64,000 nucleotides of DNA from Mantamonas sphyraenae STR306 (lineage: Eukaryota > Protista > CRuMs). The position numbers were made by a program, and so were the translations under genes. Location of the stretch: positions 62,001 through 126,000 of the forward strand of contig JAPMXV010000045.1 in NCBI GenBank assembly GCA_026936335.1, read 5' to 3'. The notes under the pieces are model-generated. The model had not been told where the DNA came from, did not search any database, and saw only the letters and a program-made list of their open reading frames with translations. Numbering within the stretch: position 1 is the first letter of the stretch; every line of letters starts with the position of its first letter. This document shows positions 38,801 through 52,400 of this stretch, piece by piece.

Positions 38801-41800
38801 TGCAGACGCGAACGGGACGGTGAGTGTGCGCAACACGACACTGGCAAACATTGCACCGAATGCAGGGTGTGCAATGGCGGTGTCTGGAGAAGCGCAGATG
38901 AATCTGACGGGAGTGGAGTGGACTGGGAACACGAGGGGCATCTGCGTGCAGGGTGACGCACAACTGCACGTGAGTGGATGTCATTGGCATCACAACGCCG
39001 GACCTGAGTCGCCTGGACTCACTGTGGAGGTTCTACAAGACAATGCCTACGCGGAGATCAGTGACAGCCTGATGGAAGACAACTCAGCTTCTATTGGGAG
39101 TATGTTCAGCATGAGCAGCGGACATTTGGTGTTGCGCAACACTACGTTCCAGCGCATTACTTCTGGAACACGCGCATCTGTTGTGAATGCGGACTCGCCC
39201 AGCGACACCGTTGTGGACGTAGACGGCTGCAGGTTTCTGAACAACCAATGTGGTTTCGCGTGCGCAATCGTATCGCGGGGTCCGCTCACTGTCCGGAATT
39301 GCACGTTCTCACATAATTCGGCGTTGCCTTTGGGTCAAGGGGGCGCCGTGTTGGCGTTTGGAAGCGCCGATATTCGCGATTCGCTGTTTGAAGGCAACCA
39401 GGCTTCAGCCAGTGCAGCAGTCGTCATGCAGGGTATTTCGGCACGACTGGATTCCATCAACAACCGATTTGTCAACAACAGAGCTACTGGATCCGTGGGA
39501 TCAATCAGCTTCGTAAACAGCCCAGGTGGATTGGTGTCGCACAACGAGTTTATTGGGAACAACGGCGGCAATTATGCAGGAGCCCTCTGGGTGACCCAGA
39601 CGACCGAAGTGCTTCGCATTCAACACAGCACCTTCTCGAACAACCGGGCTCTTGCATGGGGGGGCGCAATCCATGTCGCAGAAAGTACGGTTGAAATCGC
39701 CAACTGCACTGTGACTGGGAGTATTGTTCACAGAACGGGCTCGGGACTCTATGCTACCGACAGTATTGTCACAGTGCACAACAGCACTTTCTCAAACAAT
39801 ACGGCAGAGGCACTCACAGACGCTACAAATGTGAATCCGAGCAGCTCGGGAGGTGCCATCCAAATTGAAAACACGCAGGCACTCACCACACCCACCAAAT
39901 GTGTCGAGCTCCAAGGGAACCGATACGAAGGCAACAGGGCCGTGGCCGGGGGTGCAGTGGCTGTCTTTGGATACCGTTCCCTGTGCATGCTTCTCATCCA
40001 GGGCGAGACCTACGTCAACAACTCTGCTTCGGACAAAGGCGGTGCACTGCTCGGCATGCACGCTGACATCCAAATATACGGGACAGTCATGCGTGCCAAC
40101 AACGCACCCAACGGCGGTGCGTTGTATGCCATGGAACAGGATGTGTCACAACACAGAGTGCATCTTGAGGATGTGGTGATGGATGGCAACACGGCCACTC
40201 GGGGCGCTGGGATCTTTGTGACCCAACACGTGGGACTGGTCATGGAACGAGGCAAGCTGACAGACAACCAGGCTCAGGATGGCGGTGGCCTGTATGTGGA
40301 TGCAGGGACCAACGCAACGTTGCAGTCAGTTGCAGTGGAGGGCAACCGGGCCACCACGTACGGTGGGGGAGTGTACGTGCATGGACAGAGTATGCATGTG
40401 GTGTTGAATGGCAGCCAGTTTGTGGGCAATGAGGCAGGGGTGGCAGGCGGAGGCGTGTACGATGCACAGCCAGCGGCAGGAGTGGGCCACAACGCGACCA
40501 TGTCCACGACGATGCCGATGACGATGACGATGACAGGAAGTGTCTTTCACAAGAACAAGGCAAAGGGCGGAGCGTGTGTGTTTGCTCCGTATGCGCTCGG
40601 CAGTCTGCGATCAAGAGAAGGAGGGAACGTGTTTGGCGCAGACAATGAGGCAACGTATGGTGTGAGTGAGGGCGGCCTGCCGACACAGATCGAGGTGACA
40701 TCAGTGGTGACAGCACGGTCGGGAGAGGAAGTGCGTGTGGAGGCACGACTGCGAGACGCATTGGGACAGCTGGTGGTGTGGACGGAAAAGACGATGCTGC
40801 TGCGTGTGGGAGGAGAGGACGAGTTGGAACTTTCAGGGACGTCTGTGGCAGTGCCTGTGCAGGGAGTGGCTGTGTTTGAGCAGATTGTGGCTGGTGACAA
40901 AGGCAGACATGTGTATGTGGTGAATGCCAGCGAGACGTGGGCGATGGAGGGCGGACGTGGAGAGGTGCACATTGTGGAGTGTGGCCCTGGTCAACAACTG
41001 GTGAAGCGACAGTTTGACTCGGCTGTGTGTGAAGGATGTCCGAAGCAGCAGTATGTGGTGGGCATTGGGAATCGATGTCAGCCGTGTGAGGCAAACGGAC
41101 GGTGTGTGAGTGGACGGATCGAGTCGATGCCAGGATTCTGGGCGTTTGAGGTGGGGAACAAAGCAGTGGTGGCAGCGTGTGGAGGTACAGGTGGGGCGTG
41201 TCTGGGCAACAACACATGCAGTGCCAACCACGAGGGACGACTGTGTGGCCAATGCGTGGCTGGGACGTCGATGGTGCGTGGGGAGTGTCGTGAGTGCAAG
41301 GGAGTCAATGTGTGGGCGATTGTGGTGGCAGGGGTGCTGGGACTGTTGTATGTGCTGTATGTGGTGTGGCTGCAGAAGCCTGCAAGTGCGACCATGGTGA
41401 TTGTGACGATGTTTGGACAAGTGGCAGGATTGCTGTTCAGCACGGGTGGGCTTCATGGACACAGCGGTGGAAGTGGGAGTGGCTCAGGATCAGGATCTGC
41501 GAGTGTGGGATCGCTGCTGCTGTTGAAGCTGGATGGATTGGCTGGGGTGTGCATTGCGCCACTGGACTACTTTGGACGGTGGCAGGTGAATGTGGCGACA
41601 TATGGAGTGTTGCTGGGACTGCTGGGGCCTGTGTGGGTGATGGAGTGGTGGAGTGGACGGTGGGCAGGTTGTGGTGCGCTACTGGAGACCAAGGTGATGC
41701 GGAAACTGCGTGGCATGGCACGGAAGAGCGATGCGAGGACTCGATATGCGACGGCAGCGATCAATGTGTTCAAAGCGGTGTACATGCCGCTGGCAAACCT

Positions 41801-42512
41801 GTTGCTTGTGACACTGCGGTGCCGCGAGGTGTATGCAGGGTCGGGGGAGCTTGTACTGAGTGCGGATGTGGCTGTGGCGTGTTCGGGGCCTGTGTGGACG
41901 CAGTACCAGTTGATATCGATTGTGTTGTTGGGGGTGGTGATTGTGCCGACTCCGCTGTTGATTGGCTTCTTTGTGCATCGGTACAGAGACCACGGGAAGC
42001 ATGGGGCAGCGTTGAGTGTGTTTACGGGCCTGTACCGTAAGCGGATGTACTTCTGGGAGAGTGTGGTGATGGCAAGGCGTCTGGCGGTGGCTGCGTCGTT
42101 TGCGTTGCTGGACGGGTACACAGCGTTGGTGGTTGTGAATGGAGTGTTGCTGGTGTCGCTGGTGGGACAGATTCTGCTGGAGCCATTCACGAAGGAGGCG
42201 GCAAACCGGTTGGAAGGATTCTCGTTGGCATTGAGTGTGATGGTTGCGACGATGCTTGGATCGACGGCGTGGAGCGAAGCCAGGGTGGATGGGTTGGGAC
42301 GGGAAGCGGTTGTGGTGAGTGTGTATGGGCTGTTTGGGGTGGGGGTTGCTGTGTCGCAGCGGGAGGTGTTGAGGCGAATGTGGAAGAAGATGCAGGAGAT
42401 GAGTGTGCGCAAGTCTGTGCAGGGGATCGACCTTGGGGATGTGGCAGTGGATGACGATGAGGAGGGGTATGGGAGGATGGATGAGATGATGGAGCACCTG
42501 TTGGACAAGGAC
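32821..42512 (+). repeat. Direct tandem duplication, unit ~4828 bp
   Basis: 32821-34173 matches 37649-39001 (offset 4828). 35083-37687 matches 39908-42512 (offset 4825). Middle block divergent. Confidence 0.95.
32892..37711 (+). CDS. Surface receptor/adhesin copy 1: signal peptide, Pmp-like right-handed beta-helix, Cys-rich stalk, multi-pass TM module
   Basis: Exon 1 MTIASLPQ...VALLSVLLQVDFAHAAE, intron 33025-33128. Repeated FxxN..GGA(I/L/V). GRLCGQC, YFWESVVMARRL. Confidence 0.88.
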
Positions 42513-42536
42513 GGAGACAGTGCCAACCGTGGCTGA
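37720..42536 (+). CDS. Surface receptor/adhesin copy 2 (same architecture, different central block)
   Basis: As copy 1; intron 37853-37956. Confidence 0.88.
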
Positions 42537-43891
42537 TCCATCCCATCACAACCACCCAATGCACAATGATCTGCCACTGCAGCTGCCTGGCAGGATTGTC
42601 ACACAATGCAACGCAATGCTGTGTCGCTGTCAAAAATGAAATACATTAGCTTCCTCTGCTCTGTTCATCGGTGCCTGGAACACCCACAGGTGCTGGCTTT
42701 CCTCCAGCACAATCTGTCTGCCAGTGACCCAACCACCCCATCCGTGGCTCTCCTTCCTTCCTTCCTTGCTTGCTTCCTGCTCTCGTTGGCCCTCCCTCTT
42801 TACAGGATCAGGCACTTCTTCTTCTTCTTCTTGGTGTCCACCTTGTCGCCGCCAGCACGAGCCTTGCGGATCTCGCGCACCAGCTCAAAGAACGACTCCT
42901 CCACGTTGATGCGAGCCTTGGCAGATCCCTCCATGTGCGGGCAGCCAAACGACTTGGCCAGGTCCTTGCCCTCAGCAGTCGTCACCTGACGCTCGTGGTC
43001 CAAATCGCACTTGTTGCCAATGATGACCATCGGCACCTGGTCCTGGTCCTTCACGCGCAGAATCTGCTCGCGGAAGGCAGGGATTTCGTCAAACGACGAG
43101 CGCGACGTGATCGAGTACACACACAGGAAGCCTTCGCCACTGCGCATGTAACCGTCACGCATAGCTGCGTACTCCTCCTGGCCAGCCGTGTCCAGGATGT
43201 CCAGCAGACACGACTCGTCATCGATCGTCACTTGCTTGCGGTACGAATCCTCTGTTTTGAGGAACGGAGGGGGGGAAGAGGGAGAGTCAGTGGCGGGGTT
43301 GCGTCGTGTGGTCTCACACACACACACACACACGATGTGTGTGTTACCCAGGGCACCCCCCCCGGTGGAGGAGGGGATGGGGAACCCCCATGAGTCATGC
43401 AGACTCGGATACTCACCAATGGTGGGGTCGTACTCGTCCACAAAGGAGTTCTGGATCAGCTGGATGGTCAGGGCAGACTTGCCCACGCCTCCGCCGCCGA
43501 CAACAACACACTTGTACTCAGTCATCTTGTATGTTCTACGTGTGGGAAAATGAGGTTTTGTATGGGAAACCTTGGGTTATTTGGTTGAGTTGGTGGGATT
43601 GGGGCAGTGTGGGCGGGTTTGCTTTTGAAGACGGGTGGGTGGGGGCGGAATTCGCGGGTGGGGCGGGTGGATAAGGAAGGCATGGATAAGAAGGAGGAAT
43701 TGATGAGGGTGGGGATGGATGAGAGGAGGGTGGTGGATGGTTGACATGGGATGGGATGAGGGGTGGGATGGCACACATGCAATGATGCATGGGGATGGGA
43801 TGTGACTGGGACGCCGACGCAGGACAACGCGTGCCACACCACACCACCACACCCACACATTGTGTCTGGTCGTCGATTGCGCCGGCCCAAC
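42425..43891. repeat. Inverted duplication, left arm (receptor tail + Ras gene + upstream region)
   Basis: Reverse complement of 60298-61770, including intron and flanks, with few substitutions/indels. Confidence 0.95.
42800..43525 (-). CDS. RAS: Ras GTPase, copy 1
   Basis: [50 protein letters not shown] CaaX. Intron 43252-43416. Confidence 0.97.
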   Translation of the reverse strand: MTEYKCVVVGGGGVGKSALTIQLIQNSFVDEYDPTIGEYPSLHDSWGFPIPSSTGGGALGNTHIVCVCVCETTRRNPATDSPSSPPPFLKTEDSYRKQVTIDDESCLLDILDTAGQEEYAAMRDGYMRSGEGFLCVYSITSRSSFDEIPAFREQILRVKDQDQVPMVIIGNKCDLDHERQVTTAEGKDLAKSFGCPHMEGSAKARINVEESFFELVREIRKARAGGDKVDTKKKKKKCLIL

Positions 43892-43915
43892 CAATTCTCA
43901 CACTCACCCTCGTGG

Positions 43916-45150
43916 ATGTCCACAAACGGAAGCGAGTGGGACATCGACTTTCACCATGGACGCTTGTCCATCTCCTCATTGGAGGAGTACATCAATGGGG
44001 AGATGCCGTCGCTGGCAAGTTCCGCCGCACAAACCAAGGCCAAACCCGAGCCCAAGCGCAAAGCAGTGCAGCTTGACGATGGACTCGTGTTCACTGTGGA
44101 GGTACGTTTGTATGGGGTTTGCCACTCCCCCACACAGGGAGGGAGGGAGTTTGGCCTAACCACCCCACCCCACACCCCCACCACACACCCCACACACACA
44201 CAGACCATGCGTGAATCACCGAAAAAGACATCCAGTGTGGTCAACCTGGAGAAGATCGACTCGAGCGAATTGCAACAACGTGTGGTCCTCAACGTGGGTG
44301 GCACCCGTTTCGAAACGTTTGTGTCCACGTTGGTGAGCATCCCGGAGTCGCTTCTTGGTGTCATGTTTGCCAAGCGCAACCAGCTGCTGCTGGCCACCGA
44401 GCATTCCGACACAAAGGGACCCCCCGAGTACTTCTTTGACAGGGACCCTGTGCTGTTCCCGGCCATCCTCAACCTGTACCGCACGGGCCAATTGTAGGTT
44501 TTTCGGTCCGGCGTTTTGTTGATGTTCTCCCACGGCGACTGGGGCATTGTTCAGGCAGAATTGGAGCACTGACACACGGGCGATGGCACAGCTTCGTACC
44601 CAAGGACATCAATCTGGCGCAATTGGAGGAAGAGATTGAGTATTGGCAGCTGCCTGTGACGCCTCTGGATCTGAAGCTGACGGAAAACTCGTACCGGGTG
44701 GGAGAGTACATCCGGGAGTTGGCACTGACCAAGAGTGAGGCCGAGTGTGGACAAGATACGTTGGAGGAGTTGATGACAACGATTGTGGAGGAGGCACTCA
44801 AGGCAGCTCGTCTTGGGTGTCAGATCTGCGTGTTGGACTTTCCCCGCAACGACTCGTACAAGCGTCACAACGATGGACCGGAACAGTATGTGTATTACAA
44901 GAACGTAGTGGGGGAACGGAATGAGAGCGAGGATTCGGACGAGGGGAGGCTGCGGTTCTACCTATACGTGCTGCAACAACACACTCGTCGACTGCTCATC
45001 AACCGCATGCGGGACATGCACCTGGTCTTTGAGATCACTCGCTTCCCTTCCATTCGACTCTTTCTTTGGAAGCAGTTCGATGCCAGCGAGGGCGACGATG
45101 GCATCCACAGCATGGAGGCGGCCAACATGATGATGACCGAAGATTTGTGA
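43916..45150 (+). CDS. BTB/POZ (KCTD/T1-type) domain protein
   Basis: VVLNVGGTRFET, SLLGVMF, YFFDRDPVLFPAILNLYRTG, EEIEYWQL. Introns 44102-44203 and 44494-44591. Confidence 0.88.
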
Positions 45151-45491
45151 AAATGCAATCCCCTTGTAGCCGATGCACATTCCTGTTGCTTGCCACTCTG
45201 GTTTTGCTCATGTCCACGGAATTGGAGGGTATTCCCGTATTCCCTTCAAAACTAGATACAACACAAAGGTAGACAACCAACTGCGTCGGCAACATACCTG
45301 CGATCGATCTGGAGCTCCACAAGGTGATCCAATTGCCTGTGTTCCAGAATTGATGAGAATGAATAGGTGCTGGTCAAGGGTTTGCCAGTGGTAGCCCCCT
45401 GTTCAGAGATGGAATCATGAATGTTTGAATCTTGCACGATGTTGCCAAACAATGCAAGGTGACGGATTGTATGGCTGTGGAAACGAGGCAG

Positions 45492-48400
45492 CTACTCCCT
45501 CGTTCCCTTTGTCTCCGCCTGCTGCATCTCCACCATCATCTCCTCCTCCACACTGCCTTCCAGCTCCTCCGCGGCACGCTCCCCTCGCCACACTCCCCAT
45601 CCTGCCATTCCAACCGCAACGACGCTCCCCAACCCCACCGTCCCAACCGTCACATAGATCACAACCGCCCGCTGAAACTCGTTCACAAAGCCGTTTGCAA
45701 AGAACAAAATCCCACAGAACAGCACCACACACGAACAGAATTGCAGCACCAGATCCACAACCATGGCACTCCATCGTTGATGCGGCGACGCCGTCTTGGT
45801 CGCTTCGAAGCACACAAACAACACCCCTAACCCAAGCGTCGTCTGGAAGACCGTGTGCCGACTCAGAAAATTCAGCACCATGACAAAGAGTAGCTTCCGC
45901 GCCATCACCACTGCCTCCCACCAGTAGTACTCCTTCTTGAATGCCCCATAAAGTCCACCCCACACCGCATCCACGTCATCCACACCATCGTTCCTTCTTC
46001 TTCCAGACGAGATCGATCGTCGACGCACATACAGGTTCCCCATGAACAACGCCGGTATGCCCAGCACATACAGGACCACAAACGCCCCAGACCACGGAAT
46101 TAGCTCCATGTGCCACGGTTCCCAACATGACAATGACGGCTCGGGGTCAAAAACAACCGATTTGTCACTCAGCGTGGAGCAGTCAAACACCTGCAACACT
46201 GCAGAACACGTCGGTACATACAGCACCCCCAGTGCCGTCACCACAACCGACTTGGCTTTCGGCACAACATGTCCCACCGCCCCGCGCCACCCGTCCACTC
46301 CACCCAACCCACGCTTCTCACGCACCCATTCCACAGCTCCATACACACACACACTCATCCCAACAAGTGTCACCAACACAGGAATCACGGCCATCCGTGC
46401 TGCCCATCGCGTCCCATACGACACACTCCCCTCCACTGCACACTCTGGGGCAAGGATACTCGGATCCACAAGCACAACTTGCAGCCAGTCAAAGAGCATC
46501 AGCACTTCCTCCGGCCACAACAGATTGAACCCAGGGAACAGGGCAAGGATCTGGTAGAACGTCACAAACCCCTTGATGGTGGACGAGTGTTGCATCAGCT
46601 TCTTCCGCATCATCACTGACCCTGCAATGCACAAGAGTAGCACAACCCCGACGACGACTTGTGACACCACCCGACCTGTCTCGTTGGCCCTGCACGACAC
46701 GCACTGCACTCCGTTCTTGTAGTATCCACCCGCACATGACGCACACAATCGTCCCTTGTATCCGTCTGCACACCGGTTCCCCCCCAAACACGCTGCTGCG
46801 AACGGACACGCATACAACAGTGAGCTGTTTGTTCCAGAACGCCAGAACCCTGTCGCTGCACGCGGCTCGGCCGACTGACCCTCACACACTGCCCCTGCCG
46901 GGCACTGCCTGCAGTCACCGTCGTACGTGCCGTAGAACCCATACGCACACGCACACTGTGTCCGTGATGACGCTCCCAGAATCAAGGTGCTCGAGCCTGC
47001 CGCGCATGCACTGCACTGACGCGCCCCTGGTGTTGCTGCAAACTTGCCCACATCACACAGTGCACACTGTGAACTGCCCAGATCGTTGTTGGCCGTTCCA
47101 GGCGCACATGGCTCGCATGAGTTCGCACCTACCCCCTTGAAAGTGCCCTCAGGACATGTTGTGCAGGAGCTCATCCCGCTCGTGGACGTAAACACACCGC
47201 TGTTGCACACTGCACATGTTGATGCCCCCGACACCTCTGAGTATGTGTTGGGTGCACACTCTACACATGTGCTCATCGCACGGGCCCCTGTGTATGTTCC
47301 AGGAGAACACAAAAGGCATGCACTCCTCCCCGTGCTGTTGGAGTATGTCCCTGCCATGCAATCGCTGCACACAGACATCCCTGTCTCGCCTGCATACTTC
47401 CCTTCTGGACACGCACTGCACGTGCTCACGTTGAATCCCGTCGTGTACTCTCCCACCGGGCACGGTGAGCAGGTAAACGAGCTGTCTTGCAGTTCTTGTC
47501 GCGTTCCTGGGGGGCATGCGTTTGTCGTCAGCATAACCAAACGTTTACCAGACATCTCCACAAGGATTTTGTTGCTGAATGGGATCACGTGGTTGATGTC
47601 GTTGCCCGAAGCGGCTACTTGGATATCCCACACATGCTGAAGGGTCGAGTTTGCCCACGCCAGCCGTGCTGGTGAGTAAACACTCCCAAACTTGTCCTTT
47701 GTGGCCACTTTGGCATGACCCTCGCCATTGAAGATCCTTGTGCCGCTTCCACGGACAACGCCAGTCCGCAGGTCCGCCTCCACCACGTATCCATTGTGGT
47801 CTGCGACGATACTATGTTGCGCAGACATCACAATTATGTGGTCTGTTCTCCAATCAAATGCAGCAATCTGGTGGAGAGCACCGTTCGTGAAGTTGAAGGT
47901 GCGGACATTCAAACTTGTGATGTGCGTGTCTGCCGCAGCCACAATGAGACCGTTTCGGGCTGCGATGATTGGAGCGTATGGCATCTCGGCTGAATGTGTC
48001 ACGTTTCCTCTGTGACGTGGTGCAAGTGTGTGTCAGCGGTTCACCGCAGATGGGTCTGCTGTTTTCTTCACTCACGTTCGGGCGTCCCTGACGAACAGAC
48101 GGTTGATCGATGACTGCAGCAGCCGTGAATCTTCATCAACAGTGAGCCCTATGTGAAACGTGGCCACGGGAGAAGAAGCTGTCTGTTGCCAGATGGTGGT
48201 CATGCTTGTCAAATTGAACCCGACCACCACATTGGATGACGCCATAGCCACGACCACACTCTGCTTTGGAACGAGCACACTACGCCAATACGAATTTCCT
48301 TGTGGATAGAACACTCCTGATCGTACCACTGTGCCGTTGGCTCGCGATACCACCTCAACCGTGGAGTAGCCAACATGCACTAGGAAGTCTCTCGTCAGGG

Positions 48401-48839
48401 TTGTTGTCGCATCACAGAATGCACACCCGTCAAGCCCTCCTCTAACCCATATCTCTGAGCCTGTTCTGCTGTCCAGGCGTCGTATGATGTCCTTCCCAGA
48501 CGCGAAACCAGCTACAAAAAGCTCCTCGTTTTTGCCCACCATAGCCTCAGTCCAGTCCAGACCAGGATATTCAATGTCCCACAGTACGTCGTACAGAGTG
48601 TCCGACACTGTGTGTGGCGTCGACCGTGACCGTCCCACGTTTCCAAACCTGCAATGCCACTCGTCGTCAGACACGGAGAATCCCGGTTCAAAGCAAGTCG
48701 CCCCCAGAAAGTGTGCTGCTGTTGCAAGACCCATGCCAACATGTCAGTCGATCTTCCTCTCACACTTTGCATGACCCCAACTGGTCACCAACCCCCACTG
48801 ACCACAGCACAGAAACAAGAACAGCCTTTTGTGGTTCAT
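45492..48839 (-). CDS. Cys-rich receptor paralog A: signal peptide, PQQ-like beta-propeller, CxxCxxG (ephrin-receptor-like/TNFR-like) repeats, multi-pass TM module
   Basis: Exon 1 MNHKRLFLFLCC; introns 48719-48802 and 48010-48075. 17-aa CxxCxxG repeats. YWWEAVVMARKL. Confidence 0.85.
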
Positions 48840-48845
48840 CGTTTT

Positions 48846-49375
48846 TCACTTGGCCGCCACCGCGGAATACCCCTTGTTTGCCTTTCCTATGCGAGTGACA
48901 ACCCACAAAGGTAAACCAAGGATGCTACGGAAGAGCTGTGCAATTGTAGCATGGCTGGTTCGCAATGGCATTGTATTGACACCGATTGGAAAATTTGTCC
49001 ACTTGTCGCACACTTGTTGCTCGGTTTGTTGACCGAAAACCTCGTTGATCGTAAATCCCGATGTACTTGGGCACTGAGAACATTGAGATTGAGTCGTATT
49101 AGATACACATGATTCGCAGCCGCGAAAAGAAGCACTGCCCAGGTTTGTTGGGCACAGTTGACACACTTCAACCTAGGTTGCACCATCGGCGTTTCCACCA
49201 TCGTTTACTCATCCGTAAAGAATAATGCGGCCTTGTTGGGCGGACACCGTCTTGAGTCCATGCACGAAACCTCGGATGCTGGAAGCTAGGATCATGCCAA
49301 ACCAGCTTGGTGAGTGCAACTTTCGTCCCGCCTACATTTACGCAAACACCATTTTGTGGCCGTTGTGCACATGAT
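48846..49375 (-). pseudogene. Possible decayed Cys-rich ectodomain fragment
   Basis: Broken frames give CAQRPQNGVC..., WCNLG*, CQLCP..GCESC..CSQCP in lower-GC DNA between the two paralogs. Confidence 0.3.
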
Positions 49376-49483
49376 AGGTGAGAATGCAGATGTATAGCTG
49401 TGCCTAGAAACCAACGCTTCTGCACATGGCCCTCACGCATTTGCCCTCTTTCGCCAAACACAAAAACTCGCGCACCCTACCCC

Positions 49484-52400
49484 ATGAAGCGTACACGAGT
49501 GACTTTGCACATATGTGGGTGCTGCACAGAAGAATGTACACACGGCGATACTCCACCGACTTGACCAGTGCTAACACGGACGGTGGAACAACACAGTGCT
49601 TGCGACGCAAATTGTGTGCTGCTTCGCGGTTGAGCCTGGTCTGCAGGTGAGCAAAGACGAATGGTACTGTGCCGAAGGAAATATCGGTAGAACAAAGTCG
49701 AGCATACAGTCTGTACAAGGTCAACGATACGACATCCTTTGGGACCAGAGTCTGCCCATGTTCAGTAGAACCGAGGTGCTCGTGGGCAACGAAGCCGACG
49801 TGTTCCTTGTTGGCCACGTGAATGGCAAGGACCACATCTACCGGTTGGATGCCACCACAGGAAGTACCATATGGAGCAATAACGACCTCGATACGTGCCC
49901 CTACTGTGACGCCACCACCACGCTGACCAAGGACTACCTTGTGCACGTCGGTTCCGACTTCATCGAGCTTGTCTCTCGTCACAATGGTTCGTTGGTGCGT
50001 AGGGGCCGTTTTGTTGCATCTGGAGATGGGAACTGGCGCAGCGTCCTGATTCCCAACCAAGGACTAGTCGTGGCAACCTCCAGGGCCAATCATATGATCG
50101 TGGCATTCAATTTGACCAGTATGAAGACAGTTTGGCAGTACAGGACAGACCTTGCACCAACAACTCTGCACATAGGGCTCACTGTGGACGATGCGTCCCG
50201 AGTGTTTCAAACCGTCGACAATTCACTGTTGATCCGCGAGCCGCTAAAGTACGTTTGAGGTGCGATGGTCATGGTCCTGAACGGAATCCGCTGACATCCA
50301 TTCCACACCAAACCCAGCGGCACCATCATTGATGAGCCCACAGTCGATTTCTCGCCAAAGGTACGAGCCTCTGATAGTCTGTTTGTTCTGGCTACTGCTT
50401 CGTACATCACCGAAAACAATTTGCGCGTGTACAACTACACCGCTGACTCGCTTCAAGAAGTGACTCGCTTCCGCTTTGGTTCCCTCGGAGCCATTGTGAT
50501 TTCGCCATCGCAAACCGCGATCGGAGAAGACGTTGGGTTGACGGAGAAAGCATTGCAAAGCGGGAGCGTAGTCCGTGCAATGCCAGTTCCCTGGGCCGGC
50601 GTGGGTCATGCGTTCGTCTGGGCAAACGGAAACACGGCATTCGTCCACGGCTCCTCTATGCTCACCTGGGTCAACTCCACCTTTGATGTCCTGTGGCAGA
50701 TTCAGGTGGTCACTTCGGGCAACAACATCAAGACTGTCGTACCCTTTCGCAACAAGATTTTGGTCGAGTTGAGTGCATCGCGGCTGGTGATGCTGACAAC
50801 CAACGCGTGTCCACCGGGTACACGCCAGCAGCTGCACCACGACACCTTTTCCTGTCTTCCATGCCCCATGGGTTGGTACACCAGTGGTTTCAATGCGTCT
50901 ATCTGCACTGTGTGCCCCCAGGGAACATATGCCAGGTCGACGGGGATGTCTGTTTGCAGCGAATGTGCTACAGGTACGTTTGGCAACACCACTGGCCGCA
51001 GCACGTGTGTAGAGTGTGCGCCGGGCTCCTTCAGCAGCAATAGCGGTCAAACTGCGTGTACCTTGTGCTCCCCAAACACGTTTTCCTCCTTTGCGGGTGC
51101 CAGCTCCTGCTCATTGTGCAGCAGCGGTGTGTTTTCGTCGGAGCCAGGGATGAGCACGTGTTCTCAGTGTCCCACAGGAACTTTCAAGGGCACAAGCAAC
51201 AACACCTGCGAGCAGTGTGCGCCTGGTACAGCCAACAACGACCTTGGTAGTTCCCAATGTGCCCTGTGCGATGTGGGAAAGTTTGCCACGGAGCCGGGAC
51301 AGAAGCAGTGCACAGCTTGTGCAGCCGGTTCCAGCACAGTAATCCTGGGAGCTAGTTCCCGCACCCAGTGTGGCTGTGCTTACGGCTTCTACGGCACCTA
51401 CGACACTGCGTGCCGTGCCTGTCCCATTGGAGCCACATGCGATGGACAACAGACGCCACCACGAGCAACGACCGGGTACTGGAGATCGGAAACCAATACC
51501 TCCTTGTTCTATGGCTGCCCACACGCCAAAGCCTGCCTGGGTGACAATCAGTGTGCCATGGGATACACCGGACGCCTGTGTGCATCGTGCACTTTGGGAC
51601 ACTACAAACTGGGGAACAAATGCATCTCGTGCAACGACAGGGCGTTGGAGCGTGTCGCAACCCAAGCCGTGGCCGGGGCTCTGATACTCCTCCTCATTGT
51701 GGGCACCCTTCTGCTGCGCAAAAAGCTGAAACAACACGCGGGGACCATCAAGGGCTTTCTGACCTTCTACCAAATCCTGGCGCTGTTTCCAGGTTTCGAC
51801 TTGCTGTGGCCCGAGCAGCTGTTGGCCTTGTTTGACTGGTTGCAGTTCGTGCTAGTGGACCCCAGTGTCCTGGCTCCCGAGTGCGCCGTGGGCGGCAGTG
51901 TAGCCTATGGTACTCGATGGTCTGTGCGCATGGCGGTGATACCTGTCTTGATTGCGCTTGTGGCACTGGGGGTGGCTGCAGTGACACTCATCGAGTGGCT
52001 CAAAGAGAAGCAAAACTGGGGCACTGCCAGCACAGAGGGTTGGCGAATTCGGTCTGCTCGGGCAGCACGCAAGGCAAAGGCATTTGTGGTGACGGCGCTC
52101 GGGGTATTGTACGTGCCCACCTGTGCTGCTGTGTTGCAACTGTTTGATTGCTCCACATTCAGTGATGGCTCCGTGGTGTTTGACCCAGAGCCTTCACTGA
52201 CATGCTGGGAGGATTGGCACATGGATCTACTGCCCTGGGCTATTTTGTGCGTGGTTTTGTATGTCCTGGGCATCCCCGCCCTTTTTCTGGGCAACCTGAT
52301 GTTCCGGAGATCAGTGAGGAAAGGCGAAAGCGACTCCGATGACGAATGGAACGAAGTGTGGGGTGGCCTGTACCTGGGCTATCGGCACCAGTGCTACTGG

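Noticed and set aside
44494-44497. In-frame TAG suggesting stop-codon reassignment in the BTB gene
   Set aside because: Explained by GT-AG intron 44494-44591. TAA, TAG and TGA all end genes normally in this window.
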